Shown piece after piece: positions 47,691-58,373 of a stretch of DNA of 64,000 nucleotides (its first letter is position 1; every line of letters starts with the position of its first letter). The DNA is taken from contig JAZREJ010000022.1 of NCBI GenBank assembly GCA_045660745.1, positions 13,232-77,231 of the forward strand, given 5' to 3'. The notes beneath the pieces are model-generated. The model worked only from the letters and a program-made list of their open reading frames with translations, had not been told where the DNA came from and did not search any database. This stretch comes from Eubacteriales bacterium. GTDB taxonomy: Bacteria; Bacillota; Clostridia; Oscillospirales; SIG627. Position numbers and translations under genes: made by a program.

Positions 47691-48761
47691 ATGAACAACG
47701 ATTACCGTTTTGACGAGTACGATGAGTTTGACGACCGTCTTATAACAACAGCAGAAACCGAAATAGACCGAAGCTTTGAGACGGGTGAAACATCTCTTCG
47801 TCCTCTTACTCTCGACGAGTACGTGGGACAGGAAAAAGCAAAGGAAAACTTAAAGATCTTCATGGAAGCGGCAAAAAAGAGAGGCGAAAGTCTTGATCAC
47901 CTCCTTCTTTACGGCCCTCCCGGTCTTGGTAAGACCACCCTTTCCACAATAGTTGCAAACGAAATGGGGGTCAACATCCGTATAACCTCAGGTCCCGCTA
48001 TCGAAAAGCAAGGGGACCTCGCGGCACTTTTATCAAACCTTTCGGCAGGAGATATACTTTTTATCGACGAGATACACCGTCTCAGCCGTTCGATTGAGGA
48101 AATACTTTATCCCGCAATGGAGGACTATGCCCTTGACATCATCGTGGGTACGGGTCCCGCTGCACGAAGCATTCGCATTCCGCTCGAACGCTTCACACTC
48201 ATCGGTGCCACCACCCGTGCGGGTCAGCTTTCAGCCCCTCTTCGCGACCGATTCGGAGTTATTTTGCGTCTTGAACTTTACACAGAGGACGAGCTTGCAA
48301 AGATTGTAACGCGCTCAGCCTCTATCCTCGGCATTCCCATCGAAGACGAGGGCGCGCACGAAATTGCCCGTCGAAGCCGAGGCACACCGCGTATTGCCAA
48401 CAGACTGCTCCGCCGTGTAAGAGATTTCGCGGAAGTTGAGGGCAACGGAATCATCGACAAAAAAACAGCCTCAAAGGCTCTCTATATGCTTGAAATAGAC
48501 GAGCTCGGGCTTGATAACACCGACAGAAGGATGCTTCTGTCAATGATCAAACATTTTAACGGAGGTCCCGTGGGACTTGAGACTCTGGCGGCGGCAATCG
48601 GAGAGGAATCCGTCACCGTAGAGGACGTGCTTGAGCCGTATCTTATGCAGATAGGCTTCCTTGCCCGTACCCCCAGAGGAAGAGTCGCCACCAAGAGCGC
48701 TTACGAGCACCTCGGAGTTTCGTGGGGACAGGACGAAGCTCAGGTATCGTTTGAAGAATAA
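47691..48761 (+). CDS. ruvB: Holliday junction DNA helicase RuvB
   Basis: [24 protein letters not shown] and RTPRGR. Confidence 0.98.
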   Translation: MNNDYRFDEYDEFDDRLITTAETEIDRSFETGETSLRPLTLDEYVGQEKAKENLKIFMEAAKKRGESLDHLLLYGPPGLGKTTLSTIVANEMGVNIRITSGPAIEKQGDLAALLSNLSAGDILFIDEIHRLSRSIEEILYPAMEDYALDIIVGTGPAARSIRIPLERFTLIGATTRAGQLSAPLRDRFGVILRLELYTEDELAKIVTRSASILGIPIEDEGAHEIARRSRGTPRIANRLLRRVRDFAEVEGNGIIDKKTASKALYMLEIDELGLDNTDRRMLLSMIKHFNGGPVGLETLAAAIGEESVTVEDVLEPYLMQIGFLARTPRGRVATKSAYEHLGVSWGQDEAQVSFEE

Positions 48762-48796
48762 GCGCAAGGAGTCCCTTCGTTTCAGAAAGGAACTTT

Positions 48797-50467
48797 ATGG
48801 CGAAAAGCAAAAAACAGAATCTTAAGGTAATACCTCTCGGAGGTATAGGCGAGGTTGGAAAGAATATTACCGCAGTCGAATATGAGGATGATATAATAGT
48901 CGTTGACTGCGGACTCGGATTTCCCGATGACGATATGCTCGGAATCGACCTTGTCATTCCCGACATCTCCTATCTTGAAAAAAATGCCGATAAGGTCAGG
49001 GGAATAATACTCACTCACGGACACGAAGACCACATCGGCGCTCTTCCTTATATTTTAAAGGAACTTAACGTTCCCGTTTACGGAACAAAGCTTACCCTCG
49101 GAATACTTGAAAACAAGCTTGTGGAGCATCATCTTGACAAGGTGGCTGAGCTCAACTGCATAAGCGCGGGGGATACTGTAAAGCTCGGGTGCTTCTCGGC
49201 AGAGGCAATACGAGTAAACCACTCAATTGCTGACAGCGTCGCTTACGCTATCACAACTCCCGTGGGAGTGGTGGTATTCAGCGGAGATTTTAAAATAGAC
49301 CTTACCCCTATTGAGGGTGAGATGATTGACCTTACAAGGTTTGGAGAGCTTGGCAAAAAAGGCGTGCTTGCATTCTTCTGTGAGTCAACGAACGCCGAGA
49401 GAGGCGGTTATACCCCCTCCGAGCGTATCGTCGGAAACAGTCTTGATACTATTTTCGCATCCACCTCAAAAAGAGTTACCATCGCCACCTTCTCATCAAA
49501 CGTTCACCGCGTTCAGCAGATAATCAATGCTTCGCAAAAATTCGGACGTAAGGTTGCAATCACAGGTCGAAGCATGATAAACGTTGTTAAGGCGGCAATG
49601 GATCTCGGATATATGCACATGCCGGAGGGAATGCTTATTGATATCGGAGAAATGAAGCGTTACCGCCCCGACCAGATAACCCTTATCACTACGGGTAGCC
49701 AGGGTGAGCCGATGAGCGCTCTTTATAGAATGGCATATTCAGACCACGACAAAGTAAGCCTCGGAGCCGAGGACCTCGTTGTTATATCCGCAACTCCCAT
49801 TCCGGGAAACGAAAAGCTTGTCTCAAGAGTAATAAACGAGCTTCTCCACAAGGGCGTGGAGGTAGTGTATAACCAAGTGGCTGACGTTCACGTTTCGGGA
49901 CACGCTTGTCAGGAGGAAATAAAGCTTGTAACATCCCTCTTGAAGCCCAAGTTCTTTATTCCGATGCACGGCGAATTTAAGCATCTGTCACAAAACAGAA
50001 TGCTTGCCGAATTAGTGGGAGTGGAGCGTGATAACATTCTTATTCCCGAAACCGGCAAGATAATAGAAATAAACAAAAAATCCATCAAGCACCAAGGATC
50101 GGTTACTGCGGGAAATATTCTCGTCGACGGTCTTGGTGTGGGTGACGTCGGAAGCGTCGTGCTTCGAGACAGACGCCATCTTGCACAGGATGGTATCGTC
50201 ACTGTGGTAGCCGCACTCGACATTGCGGCGGGTTACCTTCTGTCGGGACCCGACATCGTGTCACGCGGCTTTGTATACGTAAAAGAATCGGAAGAGCTCA
50301 TGGAGGAAATGCGTCTTGTAACAGGAGAGGCAATAGACCGATGCCTTGAGGCGGGGGTACGGGATGCCGCAACCATCAAGAACGTCATGCGTGACGATTT
50401 GGCGAAGTTCCTTTACACAAAGACCAAACGTCGCCCCATGATATTACCGATATTAATGGATCTATAA
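48797..50467 (+). CDS. rnj: ribonuclease J
   Basis: THGHEDHIG, TGSQGEP, HVSGH and RRPMILP. Confidence 0.96.
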   Translation: MAKSKKQNLKVIPLGGIGEVGKNITAVEYEDDIIVVDCGLGFPDDDMLGIDLVIPDISYLEKNADKVRGIILTHGHEDHIGALPYILKELNVPVYGTKLTLGILENKLVEHHLDKVAELNCISAGDTVKLGCFSAEAIRVNHSIADSVAYAITTPVGVVVFSGDFKIDLTPIEGEMIDLTRFGELGKKGVLAFFCESTNAERGGYTPSERIVGNSLDTIFASTSKRVTIATFSSNVHRVQQIINASQKFGRKVAITGRSMINVVKAAMDLGYMHMPEGMLIDIGEMKRYRPDQITLITTGSQGEPMSALYRMAYSDHDKVSLGAEDLVVISATPIPGNEKLVSRVINELLHKGVEVVYNQVADVHVSGHACQEEIKLVTSLLKPKFFIPMHGEFKHLSQNRMLAELVGVERDNILIPETGKIIEINKKSIKHQGSVTAGNILVDGLGVGDVGSVVLRDRRHLAQDGIVTVVAALDIAAGYLLSGPDIVSRGFVYVKESEELMEEMRLVTGEAIDRCLEAGVRDAATIKNVMRDDLAKFLYTKTKRRPMILPILMDL

Positions 50468-50483
50468 TTAGGAGGACAAATTT

Positions 50484-50810
50484 ATGAAAATGATTTTTGC
50501 AGTCGTAAATAATGACGACGGAGCAGTTGTAAACGCTCAGCTTATAAAGGCAGGCTTCCAGGTTACAAAGCTTGCATCCACCGGAGGCTTTCTTAAAAAA
50601 GGAAACACCACCTTTATCGTAGGTGTTGAAGATGATAAGGTCGACGAAGTTAAGGACGTTATCCACCGCTACAGCAAAAAGAGAACTTATACCACTCCTC
50701 TTGACGTTGTTTCATCCGCTACCCTCGGAGGTGCTATGACCCCCATTGAAGTAACTGTGGGCGGTGCTACCATCTTCGTTATGAACGTTGAGCACTTCGA
50801 GCACATCTGA
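50484..50810 (+). CDS. darA: cyclic-di-AMP receptor DarA/PstA (PII-like)
   Basis: TKLASTGGFLKKGNTT and VGGATIFV. Confidence 0.92.
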   Translation: MKMIFAVVNNDDGAVVNAQLIKAGFQVTKLASTGGFLKKGNTTFIVGVEDDKVDEVKDVIHRYSKKRTYTTPLDVVSSATLGGAMTPIEVTVGGATIFVMNVEHFEHI

Positions 50811-51790
50811 TGAAGCTCATCGGCAACAGCACCGCCTTTGAGAATTTCAAGCGTGAATTTCTTGAAGGCAAGCTTTCCCACGCATTTATAATCGAGGGCG
50901 CAAGAGGAAGTGGAAGACTGACTCTTGCGCGCCATCTCTCGGCTCTTTTGATGTGTGAGAAGAACGCTCAGACCGACTGCTCCTGCAACGGATGTCGGAG
51001 AGCTCTTGACGGGACACATCCCGACGTTCACGAGCTTATACATCTTGATAGAACAGGTCAGATAAAAATTGACAACATACGGCAAATAATTGCCGAAGCA
51101 CACGTTAAGCCGTCGGAGGCTGAATACAAGGTATTTATAATAGAAAACGCTCAGATGATGAACAAGGTAGCGCAAAATGCGCTCCTTCAGATATTTGAAG
51201 AACCGCCTCAAAACACTGTTTTCTTCCTTTTATCCACCGACCGCAACCTGCTGCTCAAAACGCTGTTATCCCGTGCCCGCGTCATCATGACCGAACGCCT
51301 CTCGGACAGCGAGGTCGAAGCGTTTCTCAAAGAAAAATACCCCGATAAAACCGAGCTTATTCCGCGAGCCGTGAAGCTTGCGTCGGGATTTGCGGGGGAT
51401 GCCGCAGAGCTTTGTGAAAACGAAGCGTCGGCCGAAATGCTCTCTCTTGTCAGCGACTATTTCGACAAGGCATCAAAGGGAGCCGATTTCTACACCCTTT
51501 CAAAGATTCTTTCCCCTTTCGGAAAGATGTCTCGTGAGGAGTTTTCCTGTGCCGTCGGATATTTTATACCCGCACTGCGCGACGCCGCTTTATGCTGTCT
51601 CGGTATTGAGGAAGAATATTGCTTTTTTACCGACGTATCACTTCCCGAGGAGCTTGCACGCCGATTCGGGCTTTCGCGTATCATACGCGCCTTTGAATTT
51701 TGCACAGATCTGCAAAAGCGCCAAGGCTCGCTGAATTTTACCGCAAATGCGGCAATGCTTAACACCTATTTTGCAAGCGATATCAAATAA
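50810..51790 (+). CDS. holB: DNA polymerase III subunit delta'
   Basis: SHAFI, Cys cluster, HPDV, AQNALL..FEEPP; between darA and ricT. Confidence 0.88.
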   Translation: MKLIGNSTAFENFKREFLEGKLSHAFIIEGARGSGRLTLARHLSALLMCEKNAQTDCSCNGCRRALDGTHPDVHELIHLDRTGQIKIDNIRQIIAEAHVKPSEAEYKVFIIENAQMMNKVAQNALLQIFEEPPQNTVFFLLSTDRNLLLKTLLSRARVIMTERLSDSEVEAFLKEKYPDKTELIPRAVKLASGFAGDAAELCENEASAEMLSLVSDYFDKASKGADFYTLSKILSPFGKMSREEFSCAVGYFIPALRDAALCCLGIEEEYCFFTDVSLPEELARRFGLSRIIRAFEFCTDLQKRQGSLNFTANAAMLNTYFASDIK

Positions 51791-51804
51791 AGGACATTTA
51801 TTTT

Positions 51805-52731
51805 ATGGATAATAACACAAACAACATTCCCGAGGCAGTTTCCGCGAGCACCCCGGAAGCCACCGAATACGAAATAATCGGCGTGCGCTTCAAGGAAGCA
51901 GGAAAGGTATACTTTTTCTCCCCTTCGGGCATACAGTTCAATACAGGAGACGGAGCAATAGTGGAGACCTCACGAGGCGTGGAATACGGAGTTGTTGCGA
52001 TTGCCAACAAGACGGTGCCCGCCAAGGACGTTGTGCTTCCGCTCAAGCCCGTCATAAGACGTGCAACCGACAAGGATACCATTCGCGTCAAGGAAAATCT
52101 TGAGCTTGCCGAAAAGGCAAAGGAGATATTCCGAGAGCGTGTTGAAAAGCACAAGATAGACATGACTCTTGTTGATGCCGAATACACCTTTGATAACTCC
52201 AAGCTTCTCTTCTATTTCACATCTGAAGGACGAGTTGATTTCCGTGAGTTTGTAAAGGATATGGCGGCAGTCTTCAAGACAAGGATCGAGCTGAGACAGA
52301 TAGGCGTCAGAGACGAAGCAAAGCAAATAGGCGGACTCGGTATTTGCGGACGTCCCTTCTGTTGCAAGACCTTCCTCAATGACTTCGAACAGGTCTCAAT
52401 CAAGATGGCAAAGGATCAGGGGCTTTCCCTCAACTCTGTCAAAATATCAGGCACTTGCGGAAGACTTATGTGCTGCTTGAGATACGAAAATGACGTATAT
52501 CAGGAGGAGCTTGCAAAGACTCCGAAGGTTGGAAATATCGTCACCACCCCCGCGGGCAAGGGTACAGTTATAGAAGCAAATCCCCTTGCGGGAATCGTCA
52601 AGGTGTCTCTTGACCAGAACAGAGACGCTGCGCCCTCCGTATTCATTCGCGAGGATGTAAAGGTTATCGCAAAGGGCAAAAAGGACGAAAAACCGGATGA
52701 TGAAGAGCTTCGCGAGCTTGAAAAAGAATAA
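51805..52731 (+). CDS. ricT: RicT/YaaT (PSP1 domain) protein
   Basis: RVDFRE, RIELRQIGVRDEA, CGRPFCC and CGRLMCCL. Confidence 0.93.
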   Translation: MDNNTNNIPEAVSASTPEATEYEIIGVRFKEAGKVYFFSPSGIQFNTGDGAIVETSRGVEYGVVAIANKTVPAKDVVLPLKPVIRRATDKDTIRVKENLELAEKAKEIFRERVEKHKIDMTLVDAEYTFDNSKLLFYFTSEGRVDFREFVKDMAAVFKTRIELRQIGVRDEAKQIGGLGICGRPFCCKTFLNDFEQVSIKMAKDQGLSLNSVKISGTCGRLMCCLRYENDVYQEELAKTPKVGNIVTTPAGKGTVIEANPLAGIVKVSLDQNRDAAPSVFIREDVKVIAKGKKDEKPDDEELRELEKE

Positions 52732-52815
52732 TTTTATTTATACCACTTTACAATTTGCTTTTTTTGTGTTACAATGACACATGTTAAATAAGATACTAAA
52801 AGGAGGACTTTAAAA

Positions 52816-52986
52816 ATGGCTTACAAGATCAATGACGAATGCATCAACTGCGGCGCTTGCATCGGCGAATGCCCCACCGGCTGTATCAGCGAAGAAGACG
52901 GCAAGGCTGTTATCAACGCTGACGAGTGTGTTGACTGCGGCACCTGCGCTTCCGTATGCCCCGTTGAAGCACCCCAGGCTGAGTAA
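52816..52986 (+). CDS. fdx: 2[4Fe-4S] clostridial-type ferredoxin (56 aa; absent from ORF track)
   Basis: MAYKINDECINCGACIGECPTG...CVDCGTCASVCPVEAPQAE; AGGAGG RBS; hairpin at 53009-53031. Confidence 0.95.
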   Translation: MAYKINDECINCGACIGECPTGCISEEDGKAVINADECVDCGTCASVCPVEAPQAE

Positions 52987-53057
52987 TAGTACATACTATT
53001 TATGCCAAGTGCCACAGGTCTCCTGTGGCACAATTTTTTAAAGAAGGAATTTAACAG

Positions 53058-54863
53058 ATGTACAATCCCGAAAACATTCGAAATTTCTGTATCATTGCGC
53101 ATATCGACCACGGCAAGTCAACCCTTGCGGACAGACTTCTTGAAATAACCGATACAGTCGAGCGCCGTGAGATGGAGGAACAATTACTTGACAATATGGA
53201 CCTTGAGCGTGAGCGAGGCATCACGATAAAGGCGCGTGCAGTAAAGCTTGATTACAAGGCAGATGACGGACAGAATTATACCTTCAACCTCATTGATACA
53301 CCTGGTCACGTCGACTTCAACTATGAGGTATCACGCTCTCTGTCGGCTTGCGAGGGCGCACTGCTTGTTGTTGACGCCTCTCAGGGCGTTGAAGCACAAA
53401 CTCTTGCCAACACATATCTTGCTCTTGACCATGACCTTGAGATTCTTCCTGTTATAAATAAGATAGACCTTCCCGCCGCAGACCCTGACAGGGTCAAAAA
53501 CGAGATAGAGGAGATAATTGGAATCCCCGCCGAGGATGCCCCCTGTATTTCTGCTAAGACGGGACTTAATATAAAAGACGTGCTTGACGCCGTCGTAAAA
53601 TACATTCCCGCCCCCAAGACAAACATCGAAAAGCCCTTGAAGGCGCTCATCTTTGATGCCGTTTACGATTCCTACAGAGGCGTTATCGTTTACGTGCGAA
53701 TTATGGAGGGTAAGCTGTCGGCAAAGGACCGCATCCGCATGATGAATACCGGAGCGGAATTTGAAGTAGTTGAGGTAGGACATCTGCGTCCCTTCGGCCC
53801 CGAAAAGCGCGACACGGTATATGCTGGAGAGGTTGCCTACATCACCGCCGCCATCAAGTCGCTTGACGACACGCAGGTCGGTGATACCGTGACTCTTGCC
53901 GAAACTCCCACAGAGGAAGCTTTCCCCGGCTTTAAGAAGGTGCTTCCCATGGTGTACAGCGGTATTTATCCTGCCGACGGCGCTCGTTACACAGACCTTC
54001 GTGATGCTCTTGAAAAGCTCCGTCTTAATGACTCGGCTCTCGTTTTTGAAGCCGAAAGCTCGGCGGCTCTCGGATTTGGCTTCCGTTGTGGATTCTTAGG
54101 ACTTCTGCATATGGAGGTAATCCAGGACAGACTTGAAAGAGAATTCAATCTTGACCTCATCACAACAGCTCCCGGCGTTATCTATAAGGTCGTTATGAGA
54201 AACGGAGAGGTCAAATACATTGACAATCCTCAGAACTTCCCCGCCGCAGACGAGGCGGACGAGTTCTGTGAGCCAATGGTTAAGGCGACCATTCTCTCCC
54301 CCAAGGAGTACGTCGGTACCATTATGGACCTGTGCCAGGACAGACGTGGCACGTTTGTTGACACTAAATATATCACAACAGACAGAGTAGAGCTTCATTA
54401 CAGACTTCCTCTCAACGAGATAGTTTATGACTTTTTCGATGCTCTCAAATCCCGCACAAAGGGATATGCATCCCTTGACTACGAGATGTCCGATTACGAA
54501 AAATCAAGCCTTGTAAAGCTTGACATAATGCTCAACGGAGACGTTGTTGACGCACTTTCCTTTATCGTACACTCCGAAAAGGCTTACGGCAGAGCGCGAA
54601 AGATAGTTGAAAAGCTCAAAGAGAACATCCCGCGCCAGCTTTTTGAAATACCCGTACAGGCGGCTATCGGAGGAAAGATTATAGCGCGTGAGACCGTTAA
54701 GGCTATGAGAAAGGACGTTCTTGCTAAGTGCTATGGCGGTGACATTACCCGTAAGAAGAAGCTTCTTGAAAAGGAAAAAGAGGGTAAAAAGAAGATGCGC
54801 CAGCTCGGTACGGTTGAAGTTCCGCATGAGGCATTTATGGCGGTGCTCAAGCTTGATGAATAA
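53058..54863 (+). CDS. lepA: elongation factor 4
   Basis: [24 protein letters not shown] and [10 protein letters not shown]. Confidence 0.98.
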   Translation: MYNPENIRNFCIIAHIDHGKSTLADRLLEITDTVERREMEEQLLDNMDLERERGITIKARAVKLDYKADDGQNYTFNLIDTPGHVDFNYEVSRSLSACEGALLVVDASQGVEAQTLANTYLALDHDLEILPVINKIDLPAADPDRVKNEIEEIIGIPAEDAPCISAKTGLNIKDVLDAVVKYIPAPKTNIEKPLKALIFDAVYDSYRGVIVYVRIMEGKLSAKDRIRMMNTGAEFEVVEVGHLRPFGPEKRDTVYAGEVAYITAAIKSLDDTQVGDTVTLAETPTEEAFPGFKKVLPMVYSGIYPADGARYTDLRDALEKLRLNDSALVFEAESSAALGFGFRCGFLGLLHMEVIQDRLEREFNLDLITTAPGVIYKVVMRNGEVKYIDNPQNFPAADEADEFCEPMVKATILSPKEYVGTIMDLCQDRRGTFVDTKYITTDRVELHYRLPLNEIVYDFFDALKSRTKGYASLDYEMSDYEKSSLVKLDIMLNGDVVDALSFIVHSEKAYGRARKIVEKLKENIPRQLFEIPVQAAIGGKIIARETVKAMRKDVLAKCYGGDITRKKKLLEKEKEGKKKMRQLGTVEVPHEAFMAVLKLDE

Positions 54864-55992
54864 GGGTATTTATATTCACTTTCCGTTTTGTGATTCAAAA
54901 TGCCTTTACTGTGACTTTTTCTCGGTCCCCGATATGAGAAAAAAAGAATTATACGAAGAAGCGCTGGTAACGGCGCTTCTGTCATATAAAGGCAAAAATA
55001 TCACGGCGGACACAGTATTTTTCGGAGGCGGTACACCAAGCCTTATGTCGGATGCGGGCGCTGAAAAAATATTTTCGGCTTTGCACGATGCCTTTGAAAT
55101 AACCCCCGATGCCGAAATAACGCTTGAAGCAAATCCATCATCGGTGGCAGAGCTTCCAGAAAAGCTTTCTCTTTTTAAGCGTCTTGGAGTAAACCGACTG
55201 AGTCTCGGTGCGCAAAGCATGAATGAAAAGGAGCTTTTGACTCTCGGAAGACGGCACACCCCCCTTGACACAGAAAATACCGTAAAAGCCGCAAGAAGCG
55301 TAGGTTTTGACAATATATCACTCGACCTGATGGTGCGAATCCCACACCAGACCTCCGAAACGCTTATATCCACTCTTGAAAAAACATGTAATCTATCCCC
55401 GGAACACCTATCGCTTTACACTCTTTCAATTGAAGAAAAGACTGTGTTCGGTGCAAGATACAAAAAGGGTGACTCCCTCTCTCTTGCAAGTGAGGAATGT
55501 GAGGAGGAAATGTGGGAAAAAGCATGTGAGTATCTTGCAAAAAAAGGCTTTGAGCATTATGAGGTGTCAAACTTTGCACGAGACAGCAAACGCTCCCGAC
55601 ACAATTTAAAGTATTGGCGAGCAGAGGAATATATCGGCATCGGGGCTTCCGCTCATTCTTATTTTGACGGAGTACGCTTTTTTCATACAGCAGGACTTGA
55701 CGCCTTTATTTCAGCCCCAACCAAGCGCGAAGGAGAGGAAATAATCGACAAAAAAACACGGGCACTTGAATACGTTATGCTATCCCTCAGGCTCTCAGAG
55801 GGAATAAGCCTTGAGAAGCTTGAGAGCACCCACAATATCACACCGAGTGAGGAATTCTTTGATGTTGCAAAACGCTTTGACAAGGCGGGCTACGTCATAC
55901 TTTTAGGCGACTCGCTTCATCTCACAGAGCGTGGCTGGAGAGTATCAAATGCAATTATCGAAAGCCTTCTTGAAGCGCTCGACTTAATATAA
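54856..55992 (+). CDS. hemW: radical SAM heme chaperone HemW
   Basis: [27 protein letters not shown] and HNLKYW; follows lepA. Confidence 0.9.
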   Translation: MNKGIYIHFPFCDSKCLYCDFFSVPDMRKKELYEEALVTALLSYKGKNITADTVFFGGGTPSLMSDAGAEKIFSALHDAFEITPDAEITLEANPSSVAELPEKLSLFKRLGVNRLSLGAQSMNEKELLTLGRRHTPLDTENTVKAARSVGFDNISLDLMVRIPHQTSETLISTLEKTCNLSPEHLSLYTLSIEEKTVFGARYKKGDSLSLASEECEEEMWEKACEYLAKKGFEHYEVSNFARDSKRSRHNLKYWRAEEYIGIGASAHSYFDGVRFFHTAGLDAFISAPTKREGEEIIDKKTRALEYVMLSLRLSEGISLEKLESTHNITPSEEFFDVAKRFDKAGYVILLGDSLHLTERGWRVSNAIIESLLEALDLI

Positions 55993-56022
55993 AAGGCAGA
56001 AGCTTTCGCTTCTGCCTTATTT
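55993..56022. terminator. bidirectional terminator
   Basis: AAGGCAGAAGC-tttc-GCTTCTGCCTT. Confidence 0.8.
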
Positions 56023-56828
56023 CATTCTATTCCGTATAAAAGCCTTGCCGCTTCAATAAGCTCAAGATCATATTTAAGCGTGCCGTTTTTATCGCACTCA
56101 CTCTCAATAAAATCAAAATACTCGGCAAGCACATTTGTGGGAATTTCCGTGTATTTTTTCGCTCTCACCTTGTCAAAGGTATAAATATTTCCATCATAGT
56201 AGAGTGCCAGAGGATTTTTCAAAGCTTTTTTCATCTCTTCAACGTCTCCGCAGTAGAGTGCGTCAATAGTGCTCTGCTGTAACTCGTCCCCTCCGAGTCT
56301 CCTGTTCGCTTCCTCAAGTGCCTCTCTCGGAATATTAAGGTCAACTATCATCATATATACGTTCGGAACTGCGTCCATTTCCTCGGGAGAAAGCTTTAAA
56401 AAGACCTCATTCACCCACTTGTCACCCACTTCGCGTCCCACTGCCTCATCGCAAACGACCAAATTATATACCTCGTCAATGTACTCACGGGAGAAGGAGG
56501 TATCTGAGCCACCTATAGGCGGTGGGTCAACGGGCGTAATATCCACCCCGCTTGCAACAGGAGGATCTTGGTTTTCAGTAGGAATAAAAGGCTTTTCAAC
56601 ATCAATTGGAGGCTCAGGGACAATAGGCGTTTGTACGGGCGCCTTTGCAGGTTTTTGAACTTCGGGAAGCGCGAGTATTCCCACTATTGCGATAAGGCAA
56701 ACACAAGCTGCAAGCGGCAACCATTTCATTGACATTTTTAAACTTCTCCTTTTCTTATCCAAAGACGCTTCTTCTATATATTCGGGTGATATTTTCCCCA
56801 TTGCCCACAATAAATTCTTATCCTTCAT
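56022..56828 (-). CDS. putative membrane anti-sigma factor
   Basis: LLWAMGKISPEYIEEA N-terminus, one transmembrane helix (AACVCL), Pro-rich linker; overlaps the sigma gene. Confidence 0.7.
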   Translation of the reverse strand: MKDKNLLWAMGKISPEYIEEASLDKKRRSLKMSMKWLPLAACVCLIAIVGILALPEVQKPAKAPVQTPIVPEPPIDVEKPFIPTENQDPPVASGVDITPVDPPPIGGSDTSFSREYIDEVYNLVVCDEAVGREVGDKWVNEVFLKLSPEEMDAVPNVYMMIVDLNIPREALEEANRRLGGDELQQSTIDALYCGDVEEMKKALKNPLALYYDGNIYTFDKVRAKKYTEIPTNVLAEYFDFIESECDKNGTLKYDLELIEAARLLYGIE

Positions 56829-57382
56829 ACAAAAAAGCCCTCCTTTTCCAAAAAATCACGAAGCTTCTTTCTCGTTCTGGACAGCGTCATTGTAACAGCG
56901 CTCTCCTTCATACCGAAATCACGCGCAATGTCCGAGATACTGCTCACATAAAAATATCTGCGCACAAACACACGTCGCACGTCTTTTGAAAGCCCTTTCA
57001 AAAAGCGGTTCATGGAATCCGAAAGCGCAACACTCTCTCCTATATCCTCACCGATGTCACTGTCCGAAATACATTCGGAAAGCTCGTCGAGTGCAAGAGC
57101 CGTCTCCCCTCCTCTTTTTTTCGCTTGCCGCGACTCATAGCGGTTAAGTGAAAGCTGACGTGTAACCATGCCGACGTAGGGCTTGAGTGGATTCGGCTTG
57201 TTTGGCGGAACCGTATTCCACACCTTGAGATACGTATCGTTTACCACCTCCGCAGCATCCTCGCTGCTCGATAATATATTAAATGAAATGCTGTGACAGT
57301 ACCTTCCGTATTTTTTGTCGGTTTCCTCAATAGCACTCTCGGAGCGCTCTAAATAAAGCTTAAGTATTTTTCCGTCATCCAT
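56825..57382 (-). CDS. ECF RNA polymerase sigma factor
   Basis: DAAEVVNDTYLKVW (region 2); VFVRRYFY...DIA...LSRTRKKL (region 4). Confidence 0.92.
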   Translation of the reverse strand: MDDGKILKLYLERSESAIEETDKKYGRYCHSISFNILSSSEDAAEVVNDTYLKVWNTVPPNKPNPLKPYVGMVTRQLSLNRYESRQAKKRGGETALALDELSECISDSDIGEDIGESVALSDSMNRFLKGLSKDVRRVFVRRYFYVSSISDIARDFGMKESAVTMTLSRTRKKLRDFLEKEGFFV

Positions 57383-57488
57383 CTTTTGTCACTCCTTTCA
57401 TTTATAATAACAGAAAAGTGCGGTGTTACAGCACATATAATTTAATTTTTTTCAAAATGTAAATATTTTTGTAAACAAAAAAGGAGTC

Positions 57489-58373
57489 TTATGACTCCTT
57501 TTTTATATGGGAAACACAGATTCCGAGGGCAATAAGCACAAAAGCTACCAAATATTGAGGCTTCAGTACGTTTTCTCCGAGCAAAGCCGCACCGAACACA
57601 CAGGCAAAAAGCGGCTCGGCAAATTTGATGATAAAGAGCTTTGATACCTGTCCGTTTTTTAGTACCGAAAACCACAAAAGATAGCTAACGATCGAAGCAA
57701 GGCAAATGTATACGAGAATAAGGTATCCTCTAATGCCTCCCTCACCCATTCCTCCTCCCATTATAACGCCCGCTAAAAAAAGCACCGCTCCGCCGAAGAA
57801 CTGCGAAATGGCGGTGGACGTCACGTAACTTGCAGTTCTGAGCACATTTTTAATGATAACTGTCGATGCAACAGATGAGAAGGATGCGATAAGTATTAGC
57901 AAGTCCCCCAAATTGAAGCTTAGACCCGATACGTTTGAGTTTATCGCAACAATACCTCCAAATCCGAGTAATACTCCGAAAAACTTTGGAAGAGTAAACC
58001 TATCATCCTTGAAAAACAGGAAAGAAAAGCACACGTAAAAGAGCGCTCCAACCTGTTTAAGTATTGCGGTCTTTGAGGCATCTGTCATGCCAAGAGCCGA
58101 ATAAGTACAGGCGTAATGCAAAATAATTGAGAAAAATCCCGACATTAATATTGGAAATATGACCGATCTCGCACTTTTGTAGGATGCTTTATCCTTGAGC
58201 GAAAAGAGCGCAATAACACCTCCGCAAATAACAAATCTCACACCCGCAAACAGGAGTATATCTCCCATTGACTCGATATTCCATTCTTTCATTCCAAGCT
58301 TTACCGCAGGGAACAGGCTTCCCCACAGAAGCATTACGAAAAGGCTTATGATGAGGGTTTTATTCTTCCGCAA
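57489..58373 (-). CDS. DMT/EamA family transporter
   Basis: MLLWGSLFP, AGVRF, EPLFA; about ten transmembrane helices. Confidence 0.88.
   Translation of the reverse strand: MRKNKTLIISLFVMLLWGSLFPAVKLGMKEWNIESMGDILLFAGVRFVICGGVIALFSLKDKASYKSARSVIFPILMSGFFSIILHYACTYSALGMTDASKTAILKQVGALFYVCFSFLFFKDDRFTLPKFFGVLLGFGGIVAINSNVSGLSFNLGDLLILIASFSSVASTVIIKNVLRTASYVTSTAISQFFGGAVLFLAGVIMGGGMGEGGIRGYLILVYICLASIVSYLLWFSVLKNGQVSKLFIIKFAEPLFACVFGAALLGENVLKPQYLVAFVLIALGICVSHIKKES

Noticed and set aside
54721-54863. Long apparent overlaps (hemW with lepA; also aroE with aroC)
   Set aside because: These come from the track choosing upstream starts; the true starts at 54856 and 12616 give ordinary short overlaps.
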